From assembly GCA_041657385.1 (NCBI GenBank), contig JBBABZ010000004.1:1867-65866 (forward strand): DNA of 64,000 nucleotides, read 5' to 3'. Position numbers and translations under genes: made by a program. This document shows positions 25,791 to 35,295 of this stretch, piece by piece. This DNA is from Minisyncoccota bacterium (lineage in GTDB: Bacteria > Patescibacteriota > Minisyncoccia > Minisyncoccales > JAQTVQ01). Position 1 is the stretch's first letter. Each line of letters opens with the position of its first letter. The notes under the pieces were generated by a model. That model did not search any database. It was given only the letters and a program-made list of their open reading frames with translations, and was not told the DNA's origin.

Positions 25791-25845
25791 TATATACAAC
25801 ATTTAGTAGATATTGTCAATAAAAAACGGTAATGTGCAAGGACAT
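25791..25845 (-). promoter_or_regulatory. Sigma70-type promoter (TTGACA-17-TATATA) with the same 18-nt upstream element
   Basis: On the minus strand the -35 is at 25819-25814 and the -10 at 25796-25791. An identical ATGTCCTTGCACATTACC lies at 25845-25828, again 8 nt upstream of the -35. Confidence 0.6.
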
Positions 25846-25910
25846 TTGGCGGTTTCCGTTTGGATTTAAAAACCGCGGGATGATGATCCCGCGGCTGCTC
25901 TAAATTGTTT

Positions 25911-27890
25911 TTAGCTGGCTTGAGTTGAATTCAGATTAAAGACTTCCAGATGTATTTTTTTAGCTTCCTGGTCGGTGATTTCCTGGTAATTAACTCTTAT
26001 AGTGTATCTGATCCTATTTTCTATTTGATAAACATCGGTGATATTGATGCTCCAAAGATGGTCTTTGTTGATTTTCTTTTTGGCTTCTTCAAGATAATCG
26101 AAAATTGATTCTGCGGCGTTAAGTTCTATATTGGCGTCCAAAGGAATTAATTTTTGGTTCAATTCCACCGTGGAGATGCTATTAGACTTGGAAAGAATTT
26201 CAACTGTTTTTGTAATATTGATCTCGGAAAAATAAGTGTTTATGCCGTTCTCTTGCGGGACCATTTTATAGATAATGCCGATGGGCTCGCTGTTGGAAAA
26301 AATATTCCAGCAGGAATTAGAATTCGCGATGGCCGGTTTTAGAACAGCTTCGGAATATTTTATATCGTTGAGGCCGATCGATCTTAGTAAAGTTTCTATT
26401 TTATCTTTAAAATCGGCGAAAATATTTTTAGTTGAAATTGATAGTATTCCCGCTGATTCGTTTTCGATATATCCGCCGTTTTTTTCTCCAAAGACTTTGC
26501 CGATCTCAAAAACATCGATAAATTCCACATTTTTTTTAGAATATTCTTTTAGCTGGGTTAGCAGACCGGAAGCTATTGATTGCCTTAATTCCGGAAAAAG
26601 TTCGTTCATCGAATTTTGGGTAGCGGCAATGTTCCAATCAAGGTAATTGGTATCTTTATTTACGCCTACAGCTGTAAGCGGCCAAGACAAAATTTCGTCA
26701 AAAGATAAGGACGTCAAAATATCCCTAATTTTTTCCGCCAGGATTATATTTTTAGGCGTGATATTGGCAACCACTTCCAGCGTCGGAGGCTGGCTGCTTG
26801 GTATTCTATCGTAACCGTAGATCCTCGTTATTTCCTCGGCCAGGTCTTCCGGCATAGTTACATCCAGCCGATAAGTTGGAATCTTGACCAGGATATTTTT
26901 ACCGGATCTTTTGGCAGTAAAATTTAGATCTTTGAATATTTTTAAAACTTTTTGTTCCGGCATTTCAACGCCGGAAATATCGCTGGCCAGTTTGGTTTCA
27001 AATTTAATGACAGCGGGAAGATATTTTTTTGGATAATAATTGAATAATTTGCTGGAAACTTTTCCGCCGGCATATTGCAAGATCAAAGAGACCAGCAAAT
27101 CCATTGCGTATTCCGTGCCATTGGGATCTAATCCTTTCTCTAATCTATGCCCTGCCTCCGTAACAATATTTAAGCTGCGGGAATTTTTTCTAATGATCGT
27201 CCCGTCATAAACAGCAATTTCGGCGATAATAGAATTGGTATTCATTTCAATAGCAGCCGCTTTCCCTCCAACCAGTCCGGCCAAGGCGATGATCTTTCGG
27301 CTGTCTTTTATGATCAGTTCGTCTTTTTTCGATAAAGCTATCGAAGTTCCGAACAAAGTGGTGACAGAATCAAAATCATTGTTTAAGCTCCAGGATATTT
27401 GGCCTTCTGTTTTTTTGGAGTCTATCAAATGCGACGGGTAGCCGGTCAGCATCATCACATAGTTGGATAGGTCCACCAAAAGATTGACGCTGTTCAGATC
27501 ATAGAAAGAAAGATATTCTTTTAGCCAGACTGGCGATTCTTTATTGATTAGGCCATCCATCTTAACGGCCAAAACTTTTTTGATGAATTTTTTCGCTTCG
27601 ATTTTAATGTCTAGATCTTCTTTGCCGGGTTTTGCTGGTTTTATTTTCGGCGTAACAACTTTCAAACCGTAAAAGGCGGCCACTTCGCGGGCCAGCCCGA
27701 TAACTGAAAAACAATCCCCTCTATTTTGTCTTACTTCAAAACTGATCAGATGGTCTTTTTTGCCTTTATAAACAACTTCTTTGAGCGAATCCATCATAAA
27801 TCCGGTCAAGGTCATGGCCTCGCCTATTTGTTTTGCTCCGGATTTCAATCCGGGAATTAATTCTTTGAGCTGGCTATAGAGTACTTTCAT
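25911..27890 (-). CDS. pheT: Phenylalanyl-tRNA synthetase beta subunit (short form, 659 aa)
   Basis: It shows B3/4 and B5-like sequence and follows and overlaps pheS by 17 nt. Confidence 0.85.
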   Translation of the reverse strand: MKVLYSQLKELIPGLKSGAKQIGEAMTLTGFMMDSLKEVVYKGKKDHLISFEVRQNRGDCFSVIGLAREVAAFYGLKVVTPKIKPAKPGKEDLDIKIEAKKFIKKVLAVKMDGLINKESPVWLKEYLSFYDLNSVNLLVDLSNYVMMLTGYPSHLIDSKKTEGQISWSLNNDFDSVTTLFGTSIALSKKDELIIKDSRKIIALAGLVGGKAAAIEMNTNSIIAEIAVYDGTIIRKNSRSLNIVTEAGHRLEKGLDPNGTEYAMDLLVSLILQYAGGKVSSKLFNYYPKKYLPAVIKFETKLASDISGVEMPEQKVLKIFKDLNFTAKRSGKNILVKIPTYRLDVTMPEDLAEEITRIYGYDRIPSSQPPTLEVVANITPKNIILAEKIRDILTSLSFDEILSWPLTAVGVNKDTNYLDWNIAATQNSMNELFPELRQSIASGLLTQLKEYSKKNVEFIDVFEIGKVFGEKNGGYIENESAGILSISTKNIFADFKDKIETLLRSIGLNDIKYSEAVLKPAIANSNSCWNIFSNSEPIGIIYKMVPQENGINTYFSEINITKTVEILSKSNSISTVELNQKLIPLDANIELNAAESIFDYLEEAKKKINKDHLWSINITDVYQIENRIRYTIRVNYQEITDQEAKKIHLEVFNLNSTQAS

Positions 27891-28896
27891 TTTCGTAATA
27901 TTTATAACCCAAATTACCTCCTAATAAAGTTCTGATGTCGGTGATCTTGTATTTAGCCATTACCCAGCGGTCCAAACCGAGGCCGAAAGCGAATCCTTTC
28001 CATTTTTTAGTATCAAGGCCAGCCATTTTCATCACATTGGGATGGATTATCCCCGCTCCGCCCATTTCGATCCAGCCAACGCCTTTACAGATCGCACAGC
28101 CCTTTCCGCCGCAATTAAAGCATTGCATATCCGGACCGACGCCTGGTTCGACTTCGGGATAGTATTTGTTTCTGAATCTTATTTTCACTTCCGGGCCATA
28201 CATTTTTTTAAATAAATATTCTATTGTGCCAAAAAGATCTTTAAGTGATGCTTGTTCCATAACTACGATTCCCTGATATTGATGGAGAATGAAATGATTG
28301 CTCTTATTCAATTTTTCGTTTCGGTAGGATGTTCCTGGGCAGACGACCTTAAAAGGAGGTTTGTATGTTTCCAAAACATGAGCCTCTATGGATGAAGTTT
28401 GAGTTCTTAATAAAATATCGGGCTCTTTGATATAAATAGTGTCCTGCATATCGCGGGCAGGATGATCTCTTGGGACATTGAGCCTTTGAAAACAGTATTT
28501 TTCAGTTTCTATTTCCGGACCGTCCATTATGCTGTAGCCCATCTCTAAAAAGGCTTGGTTCAACATCCTGATGGTCTGGGTCATCGGATGCAAATGCCCT
28601 ATTTTGGCTTTTTGGTATTTTAATTTTTCGGATTGGTCTAGAAGTTTTTGGTTTCCTTCGGTTTGGCTTAGGGCTTTTTCTTTTTGCTCAAAAAGCTCGA
28701 TCGCTTTTTTGTGAGCGGCTTGGATAATTGGAGATTGGGTAGTCCTTTCGGCTTCGCTCATCGCGGCAATGCTTTTCAGCAGCATTTTAACTTCCCCTTC
28801 TTTTCCTAAATATTTCCTCCAAAGTTCTTGAAGATCCTTGGAAGAATTTATGGTTCCAAGTTCTTGGGACAGTTTTTCTATAATGTTATTATCCAT
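27874..28896 (-). CDS. pheS: Phenylalanyl-tRNA synthetase alpha subunit
   Basis: It has class II motifs (HPARDMQDT, RTQTSSIE, GFAFGLGLDR) in 340 aa. Confidence 0.92.
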   Translation of the reverse strand: MDNNIIEKLSQELGTINSSKDLQELWRKYLGKEGEVKMLLKSIAAMSEAERTTQSPIIQAAHKKAIELFEQKEKALSQTEGNQKLLDQSEKLKYQKAKIGHLHPMTQTIRMLNQAFLEMGYSIMDGPEIETEKYCFQRLNVPRDHPARDMQDTIYIKEPDILLRTQTSSIEAHVLETYKPPFKVVCPGTSYRNEKLNKSNHFILHQYQGIVVMEQASLKDLFGTIEYLFKKMYGPEVKIRFRNKYYPEVEPGVGPDMQCFNCGGKGCAICKGVGWIEMGGAGIIHPNVMKMAGLDTKKWKGFAFGLGLDRWVMAKYKITDIRTLLGGNLGYKYYENESTL

Positions 28897-29140
28897 ATTT
28901 TTCGATTAACAAGTATTTCCGTTTCTAACAAATAAAAATGGCAATTTGGATTATATAATAAATCAGCTTTTTTTCCAAGAAAATAGCCTAAATAAACTAC
29001 CCCGCAGCAAGCTGACGGGGTATTCCCTTCCTGCCTACCGGCAGGCAGGCGCTATCGCTACGGGAAAAGTTTGTTTAATCCTCCGTTCGCTATGCTCACT
29101 ACGGGCTGGTATTCATCCCCGCCCTTTTGGGACCAGATTA

Positions 29141-29172
29141 AATAAAAATCCTCCCGCTTTTGGCAGGAGGAT
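29141..29172 (-). terminator. Intrinsic terminator after the small membrane ORF
   Basis: The minus strand reads ATCCTCC-TGCCAAAAGCG-GGAGGAT followed by TTTTATT. Confidence 0.6.
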
Positions 29173-29186
29173 CTTAAAGACGATTT

Positions 29187-29318
29187 TTACTTTTGAACCG
29201 GATTCTCTTTCGGAGTTTCAACTTTGGCGGCTGTTTTCTTTTTGGCCATCATATAATAAGCGGCGAAGCCGAGAACGGCAACGGCCAGAACGATTAGCAT
29301 AGTTGTTGTTGTGTCCAT
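29187..29318 (-). CDS. Untracked 43-aa single-TM protein: MDTTTTMLIVLAVAVLGFAAYYMMAKKKTAAKVETPKENPVQK
   Basis: Translated by hand. It has a hydrophobic helix and a basic tail, and it is followed 15 nt later by a terminator hairpin. The tracked + ORF 28946-29302 is its antisense. Confidence 0.5.
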   Translation of the reverse strand: MDTTTTMLIVLAVAVLGFAAYYMMAKKKTAAKVETPKENPVQK

Positions 29319-29476
29319 AATATCGCAACGTAGATTTGCTTTAACTCTTTAAATTCAGAGTTAAGAGAAAAACCTATATTGTGGTTAAGACCCTGTGCAA
29401 AATGAATTTGCGCTGGGCCTAGAGTTATTTTTTAAATTACCTGCTTATTCTATATCTTTAAATTTTTTTAGGCAAA

Positions 29477-30811
29477 CTATTTTTTGTGAAAAACTTGGTA
29501 AATGTCTCCTGCTCCCATAGCCAGGATTATCTCTTTGCCTTTTAGGTTATTTTCAAGAAAAGACATAATTTCCGTTTTGGCCAAATAAGAAACTTTTTTG
29601 TTTTTGACCGCACCTGCTAATTTTTGAGCGCTGACTTTCTTTTTTGAAGCCTCGTCTTCCCTTCCTGCCACATCATAAATATCAGTGATAAATATTTTAT
29701 CCGCCCATTTTTTAGCCGAAGCTTCTTTCAGGACTTTTACGAAATCCTTAAAAAGCAGGTTGGTCCGCTGGTATTGGTGCGGCTGGAAAAAACACCAAAT
29801 TTCTTTTTTAGGGAATTTTTCCCGGGCTGCTTTCAAGGTAGCTTTAATTTCGTTCGGGTGGTGGCCGTAGTCGTCGATCAAAATGAATTTTTTATTATCA
29901 AAAATAATTTCCTGCTGGTCAAAGCGGCGCCAAGAGCCAAGATAGCTGGAAAGAGCTTGGAAAATTGTTTTATCGGGCAATTTTAACGTCCTGGCCACGG
30001 TTAATGCGGCCAAAGCATTGGAAATGTTGTGGTCTCCGGGGATCTTTAGGATCTTTTTCAACTTTTTGGCTTCGGGTTGCTTCAAGCTGTAATATATGAT
30101 TTTAAATCCCCAATTTTTTCTAGTTTTTAAAAGTTTTTGGATATTTTTATCGTCTTTATTCACAACCAAATAACCGTCTTGAGACAGGTGTCCGATAAAT
30201 TCCTTAAAAGCCTTAACATAATTTTTTAAGTTTTTGTAAAAATCCAAGTGGTCGGCTTCCATATTGGTCAAAACAATGATCTTTGGCCAGTAGTTCAAAA
30301 AAGAGGCAAAGTGTTCGCAAGCTTCAATGACAAAATATTGGCTTTTGCCGCCGCGGTAATTAGAGTTATCCAGTTCTTTCAGCTTGGTGCCGACAACAAT
30401 GGTCGGGTCAGCTTTGGCTTTAATCATGGCCAAGCCGATCATCGAGGTGGTTGTGCTTTTGCCATGCGTACCGCAAACAGCGATCGTATAATGGTCTTTG
30501 GTCAGCTCTCCCAGGGCTTGCGGGTAGGTTAGAATTTGGAATTTAGAATTTGGAATTTGGATCGTTCTTGCCGCTTGAAGTTCGGGGTTATCCTCCCGAA
30601 CAGCGGGGCTGTAGACTACTTTATTAACATCGGCGGGTACATTTTCTGCGCGGTGTTCGCCGAAGACAATCCTTGCTCCGGTTTTTTCCAACGCTTCAGT
30701 TATTCCCGAAGAGCTCAAATCAGAGCCGCTGACTTGCCAGCCGTTTTGCAAATAATGCTTGGCGATAGCGCTGACGCCAATGCCGCCGATGCCGATGAAA
30801 TGAATCTTCAT
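29477..30811 (-). CDS. murC: UDP-N-acetylmuramate--L-alanine ligase
   Basis: It starts MKIHFIGIGGIGVSAIA, contains GTHGKSTTT, and has the Mur ligase architecture. Confidence 0.9.
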   Translation of the reverse strand: MKIHFIGIGGIGVSAIAKHYLQNGWQVSGSDLSSSGITEALEKTGARIVFGEHRAENVPADVNKVVYSPAVREDNPELQAARTIQIPNSKFQILTYPQALGELTKDHYTIAVCGTHGKSTTTSMIGLAMIKAKADPTIVVGTKLKELDNSNYRGGKSQYFVIEACEHFASFLNYWPKIIVLTNMEADHLDFYKNLKNYVKAFKEFIGHLSQDGYLVVNKDDKNIQKLLKTRKNWGFKIIYYSLKQPEAKKLKKILKIPGDHNISNALAALTVARTLKLPDKTIFQALSSYLGSWRRFDQQEIIFDNKKFILIDDYGHHPNEIKATLKAAREKFPKKEIWCFFQPHQYQRTNLLFKDFVKVLKEASAKKWADKIFITDIYDVAGREDEASKKKVSAQKLAGAVKNKKVSYLAKTEIMSFLENNLKGKEIILAMGAGDIYQVFHKK

Positions 30812-30813
30812 TT

Positions 30814-31392
30814 TTATTCTCCTTCCTCTTTTAGTTCAAATGACCCTAGTATGTCATATTCCGCCCCCGACTTTTTCACATGGCTTTCCATCAGCTCAAT
30901 GGTTTTGGCTTCAAAATCAAAATTGATGTTTTCGTCTATTTGAGGAACTTCTTCCGGTTCCATTTGCCGCAACTCAAAATTATTCAGTCTGGCAAAAGTA
31001 ATGTGGGGGTTAAATCCCCTGTCTTCTATCTGGAAATGGACATTTTGATCGATCAGCTGCTGCTCAATTTCTTTTTTCAGGCTGGCCAAGGTTTCATTTT
31101 TTTCAATTGATATCCAAACCATCCGCGGCGGGATCTTTTTAGGCGGGCCGTAATAAATCTTTGCCAGTTTTAAATCCATTGGCGGATGTTTTTGCGCCGT
31201 ATTTTTAACTATTTCCAAGGCGGCTGGAATATCCTGTTCAACTACATTGCCCAAGAAAAGCAAGGTTATGTGCAGGTTATCTGGCTTGGTCCATTTTGCC
31301 GGAAGCTCCGGCCAGTTGTTTTGATAGTCCGCGAGCCTGTTTTTAATTCTTTCCGGCAAATTGACTGCGACGAATAATCTATGGGTGTTCAT
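30814..31392 (-). CDS. thpR: RNA 2',3'-cyclic phosphodiesterase (2H / LigT family)
   Basis: It has two HxT motifs, HITLLFLG and HITFARL. Confidence 0.85.
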   Translation of the reverse strand: MNTHRLFVAVNLPERIKNRLADYQNNWPELPAKWTKPDNLHITLLFLGNVVEQDIPAALEIVKNTAQKHPPMDLKLAKIYYGPPKKIPPRMVWISIEKNETLASLKKEIEQQLIDQNVHFQIEDRGFNPHITFARLNNFELRQMEPEEVPQIDENINFDFEAKTIELMESHVKKSGAEYDILGSFELKEEGE

Positions 31393-31535
31393 ATAAATTA
31401 AAGCTTATCACAAATTCCCAAAAGAAAAAGACTTGGCTCTAATTAAAAAATAAAAGTAAGCCGCATTATTGATATAATACGGTTTTTTCAATAAATAGTG
31501 GCTTTTAGCCGGTTTTTATGCTAGAATCATTTTAA

Positions 31536-32552
31536 ATGAAGGAAGTATTGCTCTATAAGAAGCTTGAAAGGGAAAATGTCCAGTGTTTAACCTGTGCGCA
31601 CGGTTGTTTCGTTTTGCCGGGCAAACGCGGCGTTTGCGGCATGAGGGAGAATATTAACGGCCAGTTTTTTGTTTTAAACTATGGTAAAGCCGTGGCTTGC
31701 AACATAGATCCTATCGAAAAAAAGCCCTTGTTCCATTTTTTGCCAGGCACCTCTTCCTTATCAATAGCAGCCGCAGGCTGCAATCTAACTTGTTTGAACT
31801 GCCAAAATTTTGACTTTTCGCAAGGCTGCAAAACATTAACTGAGATTCCCGGAAAAGAAATGCCGCCCGAAGAGATCGTAAAAATGGCTTTAAAAAATAA
31901 GGTTCCTTCCATCTCTTACACTTATACCGAGCCGACTATTTTTTTGGAATATGCTTTGGATACCATGAAGCTGGCTCGAAAAGCCGGACTAAAAAATGTT
32001 TGGGTTTCTAATGGTTTTATGAGCAAAGAATCGGCAGAGTTGGTTCTTCCTCTTTTAGACGCCAGCAACATAGACATTAAAGGTTTTACCGAAGAATTTT
32101 ACCGGCAAAATTGCGGAGCGCATCTGGAGCCGGTTTTGGAAACTTGTAAAATGATGAAAAAGGCGGGCGTTTGGCTGGAAATCACGACTTTGGCAATTCC
32201 CAAGAAAAGCGATTCGCCGGAAATGTTCAAAAAGATCGCTAAATTCATTAAAAGAGAATTGGGAGAAGAAACGCCTTGGCATATCAGCCAATTCAGCGGA
32301 GCCATTTCTTGGAAGCTTCAAAATCTGCCCGATACTCCTGCTAAAAATTTAAAGAGCGCTTATAAGATCGGAAAAGACGCCGGCCTGAAATATGTTTATA
32401 CCGGCAATATTCCCGGGCTTGATTCGGAAAATACTTTTTGCCCGAAATGCAATGAGCTTTGTATTCAGCGCGTCGGCTACAAGATCAGCGACCTTACTCA
32501 AAACGGAGAATGTCCGAAGTGCAAAACGAAATTGGATATTATCTATAAATAA
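31536..32552 (+). CDS. amrS: AmmeMemoRadiSam system radical SAM enzyme
   Basis: It contains CLTCAHGC..GKRGVCGMREN and the CNLTCLNCQN radical SAM motif. Confidence 0.8.
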   Translation: MKEVLLYKKLERENVQCLTCAHGCFVLPGKRGVCGMRENINGQFFVLNYGKAVACNIDPIEKKPLFHFLPGTSSLSIAAAGCNLTCLNCQNFDFSQGCKTLTEIPGKEMPPEEIVKMALKNKVPSISYTYTEPTIFLEYALDTMKLARKAGLKNVWVSNGFMSKESAELVLPLLDASNIDIKGFTEEFYRQNCGAHLEPVLETCKMMKKAGVWLEITTLAIPKKSDSPEMFKKIAKFIKRELGEETPWHISQFSGAISWKLQNLPDTPAKNLKSAYKIGKDAGLKYVYTGNIPGLDSENTFCPKCNELCIQRVGYKISDLTQNGECPKCKTKLDIIYK

Positions 32553-32630
32553 AAGTATGCATTTGCCTGCCGGCAGAACTTTAAAATACACGGGTTTCAC
32601 CCGTGTATTTTTTTGTAGACATATGCATTT

Positions 32631-33659
32631 TTATTTTCCTTGGATATTTTCGATGTTTTCGTAGCCTGTGATCCTCATTGCTTTGCGCACTTCGGCTATA
32701 GTGGCTTGGGCGGTTTTTTTAGCTCTTTCCGTGCCTTCGATCAAGGCGGATCTTATTTCTTCCGGGTGCGACAGATAATAAGCTCTTCTTTCTCTTATTG
32801 GATCAAGAAAATTATTTAGAGTTTTTGCCAAAAGTTCTTTTGTTTCTGAGTCGCCTACTTTGCCTTGCTGGTAAAGCTTTTTTAATTCTTCCAGTTTTTC
32901 CTTGTCTGAATAAAATGCGTCGAGATAAACAAAAACCACATTGCCTTCAATATGGCCGGGATCGGTCGCCTTGGCCCTGGTCGGATCTGTGTACATTTTT
33001 TTCACTTTTTTGGCTACGGTTTGTTCGTCGTCAGATAAATTGATGCAGTTGCCAAGGCTTTTGCTCATTTTTGCTTTGCCGTCTATCCCGATCATCCTGG
33101 GAATTCTTCCGACCAGCGCTTTCGGTTCTGGAAAGACCGGTCCGTAGATCCTGTTGAACTTTCGAGCGATCTCCCGAGTCAACTCAATATGCGGAACTTG
33201 GTCTTCTCCGACCGGAACCAGATTAGCTTTAGTCAGCAAAATGTCCGCGACCTGGCTGGCCGGATAATTATAAAATCCCAGGGAAATTTCTTTTAATCTT
33301 TCCATTTCCGATTTTAAGGTAGGGTTTCTTTCCAGCATACCGACAGGAATGATCATGCTCAAAAGCATAAATAATTCGGCGTATTCCGGAACATAGCTTT
33401 GGATGACAAAGGTTGATCTTTTCGGATCCAGACCGACAGACAGCCAGTCGAGGGTTACATCTATCACGGACTTTCTTATCCTGTCTACGTCTTCGGCATA
33501 ATCTCCCAAGGCTTGGTAATCAGCTATCAAAAAATAGCAGTCGTATGATTCCTGCAGCTTGAGCCAATTTTCCAAGGCTCCCACATAGTGGCCGAGATGC
33601 AAAGGTCCCGTCGGCCTCATACCCGTCAAAATCCTTTCTTTTTTGCTTTCTATTTCCAT
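32631..33659 (-). CDS. trpS: Tryptophanyl-tRNA synthetase
   Basis: It contains GMRPTGPLHLGHYVG (HIGH) and KMSKSLGN (KMSKS). Confidence 0.92.
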   Translation of the reverse strand: MEIESKKERILTGMRPTGPLHLGHYVGALENWLKLQESYDCYFLIADYQALGDYAEDVDRIRKSVIDVTLDWLSVGLDPKRSTFVIQSYVPEYAELFMLLSMIIPVGMLERNPTLKSEMERLKEISLGFYNYPASQVADILLTKANLVPVGEDQVPHIELTREIARKFNRIYGPVFPEPKALVGRIPRMIGIDGKAKMSKSLGNCINLSDDEQTVAKKVKKMYTDPTRAKATDPGHIEGNVVFVYLDAFYSDKEKLEELKKLYQQGKVGDSETKELLAKTLNNFLDPIRERRAYYLSHPEEIRSALIEGTERAKKTAQATIAEVRKAMRITGYENIENIQGK

Positions 33660-33765
33660 AATCTCAAAATTAAATTTCTAATTGGCGGCGATGCTAGATA
33701 TTTTACTATATTTTTTTCTTTAAATAAAGGTTGATTCGGCGTTATTTTCGGGCTACTATTGGAAT

Positions 33766-34422
33766 ATGATTTCTTTTGCTTGTTTTTCTCCCCATCCGCC
33801 GATATTGTTGCCTTCGGTCGGTTCCGAAGCAGACCGGGCCTTGCTGAAAAATACGATCGGTTCGCTGGACAGCCTTGGCAAGAAGCTTGAAGACAACGGC
33901 CCCGATTTGATCATTATTTCTTCGCCTCATGCCGATTGGGGATTTAATGTGCCTCTTCATTTTCTGGCTAAAAATTTCCAAGGCCAGGTTAAAACTTATC
34001 TTACCGGGCCAGAGTCTCCTAGATTTCATTTCGAAGAAGGCCGGCGTGTTTATACCGAGGCGCATCTTGAGTCCGATTTTAAAAAAGTGGCTTTGATCGC
34101 TTCGGGAGACATGTCCCATTGCTTAAAAGAAGACGGGCCTTACGGCTTTAATCCCGAGGGGCCGAAATTTGATAAGGATTTTCAGGAATTTTTAGTTAAA
34201 AAAGAATTAGATAAGATATTGCAGCTTAATGATACTTATCCTGATGCCGGCGAATGCGGCTTGCGGTCTTTTTCTTTTCTATTAGGAGTATTAGACGCCG
34301 CCAAAGCGGCCTATCAGCCGGGAATTTTATCATACGAAGGGCCATTCGGCGTTGGATATTTAGTTGCGGACTTTAAATTTGAAGATAATAAAATAGAAAG
34401 CAAAACAAATGAAAAAAGCTAG
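33766..34422 (+). CDS. LigB/MEMO-superfamily (class III extradiol dioxygenase-like) protein
   Basis: The N-terminus FACFSPHPPILLPSVG and the IASGDMSHCL motif fit this family. It lies within the AmmeMemoRadiSam neighbourhood. Confidence 0.5.
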   Translation: MISFACFSPHPPILLPSVGSEADRALLKNTIGSLDSLGKKLEDNGPDLIIISSPHADWGFNVPLHFLAKNFQGQVKTYLTGPESPRFHFEEGRRVYTEAHLESDFKKVALIASGDMSHCLKEDGPYGFNPEGPKFDKDFQEFLVKKELDKILQLNDTYPDAGECGLRSFSFLLGVLDAAKAAYQPGILSYEGPFGVGYLVADFKFEDNKIESKTNEKS

Positions 34423-35122
34423 CAATAGAGGGTTGAAAAAAGAAAAAGAGCTGAAGCTTTTATACGAAATTATCCAGACTATTAGTTATAACCTGGACCT
34501 TAAAGAAGTTCTAAGCCGTATTGTCAAAATCGTCAGCTCTGTTACAAAAGCTGATTCTTGTTTTTTATATTTGATCGACGGCGAAAATTTGATATTGCGA
34601 GCTTCTTTAAATCCTAAGCCGCTGGAAATAGGCAATATTAAAATGAAGGTTGGCGAAGGGATCACAGGCTGGGTGGCGGAAAAACAAAAAACCGTGGCGA
34701 TCGCCAAAGAGGCTTATCAAGATAAGCGTTTTAAATTTTTTAACAGCTTGCCTGAAGATAAGTTTGAAGGCATTCTTTCGGTGCCGATGATCTACCGCGA
34801 TAAAGTTTTGGGAGTGATAAACGTCCAGCATTCCAAGCCGCGCAAATATTCAGAAACCGAGATCGTTCTATTTGAGCTTATCGCCAAGGCAACCGGCGGC
34901 GCGATCGATAACGCCTCGCTTTTTTCGGAAAAAGAAGCTTTAAAAGAGGCGTTGGAGACCAGAAAACTTATTGAACGCGCCAAAGGAATTTTAATGAAAG
35001 ATCTCAATATTTCCGAAGAAGAAGCCCATAAGCTTTTGCATAAAAAAAGCATGGACAAAAGGCTGTCCTTGAAGGAAATATCAAATGCAATAATTATTTC
35101 CAGCGACATCAAGAAAGCGTAA
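34409..35122 (+). CDS. GAF-ANTAR RNA-binding antitermination regulator
   Basis: The GAF domain reads VTKADSCFLYLID..GEGITGWVAE..SVPMIYRDKVLGVINVQH. The C-terminal ANTAR domain reads LETRKLIERAKGILMKDLNISEEEAHKLLHKKSMDKRLSLKEISNAII. Confidence 0.85.
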   Translation: MKKASNRGLKKEKELKLLYEIIQTISYNLDLKEVLSRIVKIVSSVTKADSCFLYLIDGENLILRASLNPKPLEIGNIKMKVGEGITGWVAEKQKTVAIAKEAYQDKRFKFFNSLPEDKFEGILSVPMIYRDKVLGVINVQHSKPRKYSETEIVLFELIAKATGGAIDNASLFSEKEALKEALETRKLIERAKGILMKDLNISEEEAHKLLHKKSMDKRLSLKEISNAIIISSDIKKA

Positions 35123-35254
35123 AGCTAAAAGTGTAAAGCGTAAAGTAATAGTGCCTGCCTGCCGGTAGGCAGGTAAAGCTAAAAACAACGAACGAATATT
35201 TTAAGTTTTTCGCTGTTTTTTGCGTTTTTCGCTTTGCACTTTACGCTTTTACTC

Positions 35255-35282
35255 TTGACTCGGACATCCAAATTTATATAAT
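35255..35282 (+). promoter_or_regulatory. Near-consensus sigma70 promoter for glnA (TTGACT-16-TATAAT)
   Basis: TTGACT is at 35255-35260 and TATAAT at 35277-35282. Confidence 0.7.
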
Positions 35283-35295
35283 TACTATATCAATG

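Noticed and set aside
28946-29302. A 118-aa + strand ORF upstream of pheS
   Set aside because: Its sequence is the translation of GC-rich palindromic repeats (..PRSKLTGYSLPAYRQAG..) and of the antisense of a better-supported 43-aa membrane ORF with its own terminator. It shows no coding-like features.
28897-29476. T-box or pheM-like Phe-rich leader upstream of pheST
   Set aside because: The only small ORF there (29187-29318) has a single Phe and its own terminator. I could not recognise a T-box specifier or antiterminator architecture by eye. The region is dominated by palindromic repeats.
33742-34119. A 125-aa minus-strand ORF overlapping the LigB/MEMO-like gene
   Set aside because: It is antisense to a + gene that has recognisable family motifs and translational coupling to the next gene. 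The product is Arg-rich and looks like nonsense.
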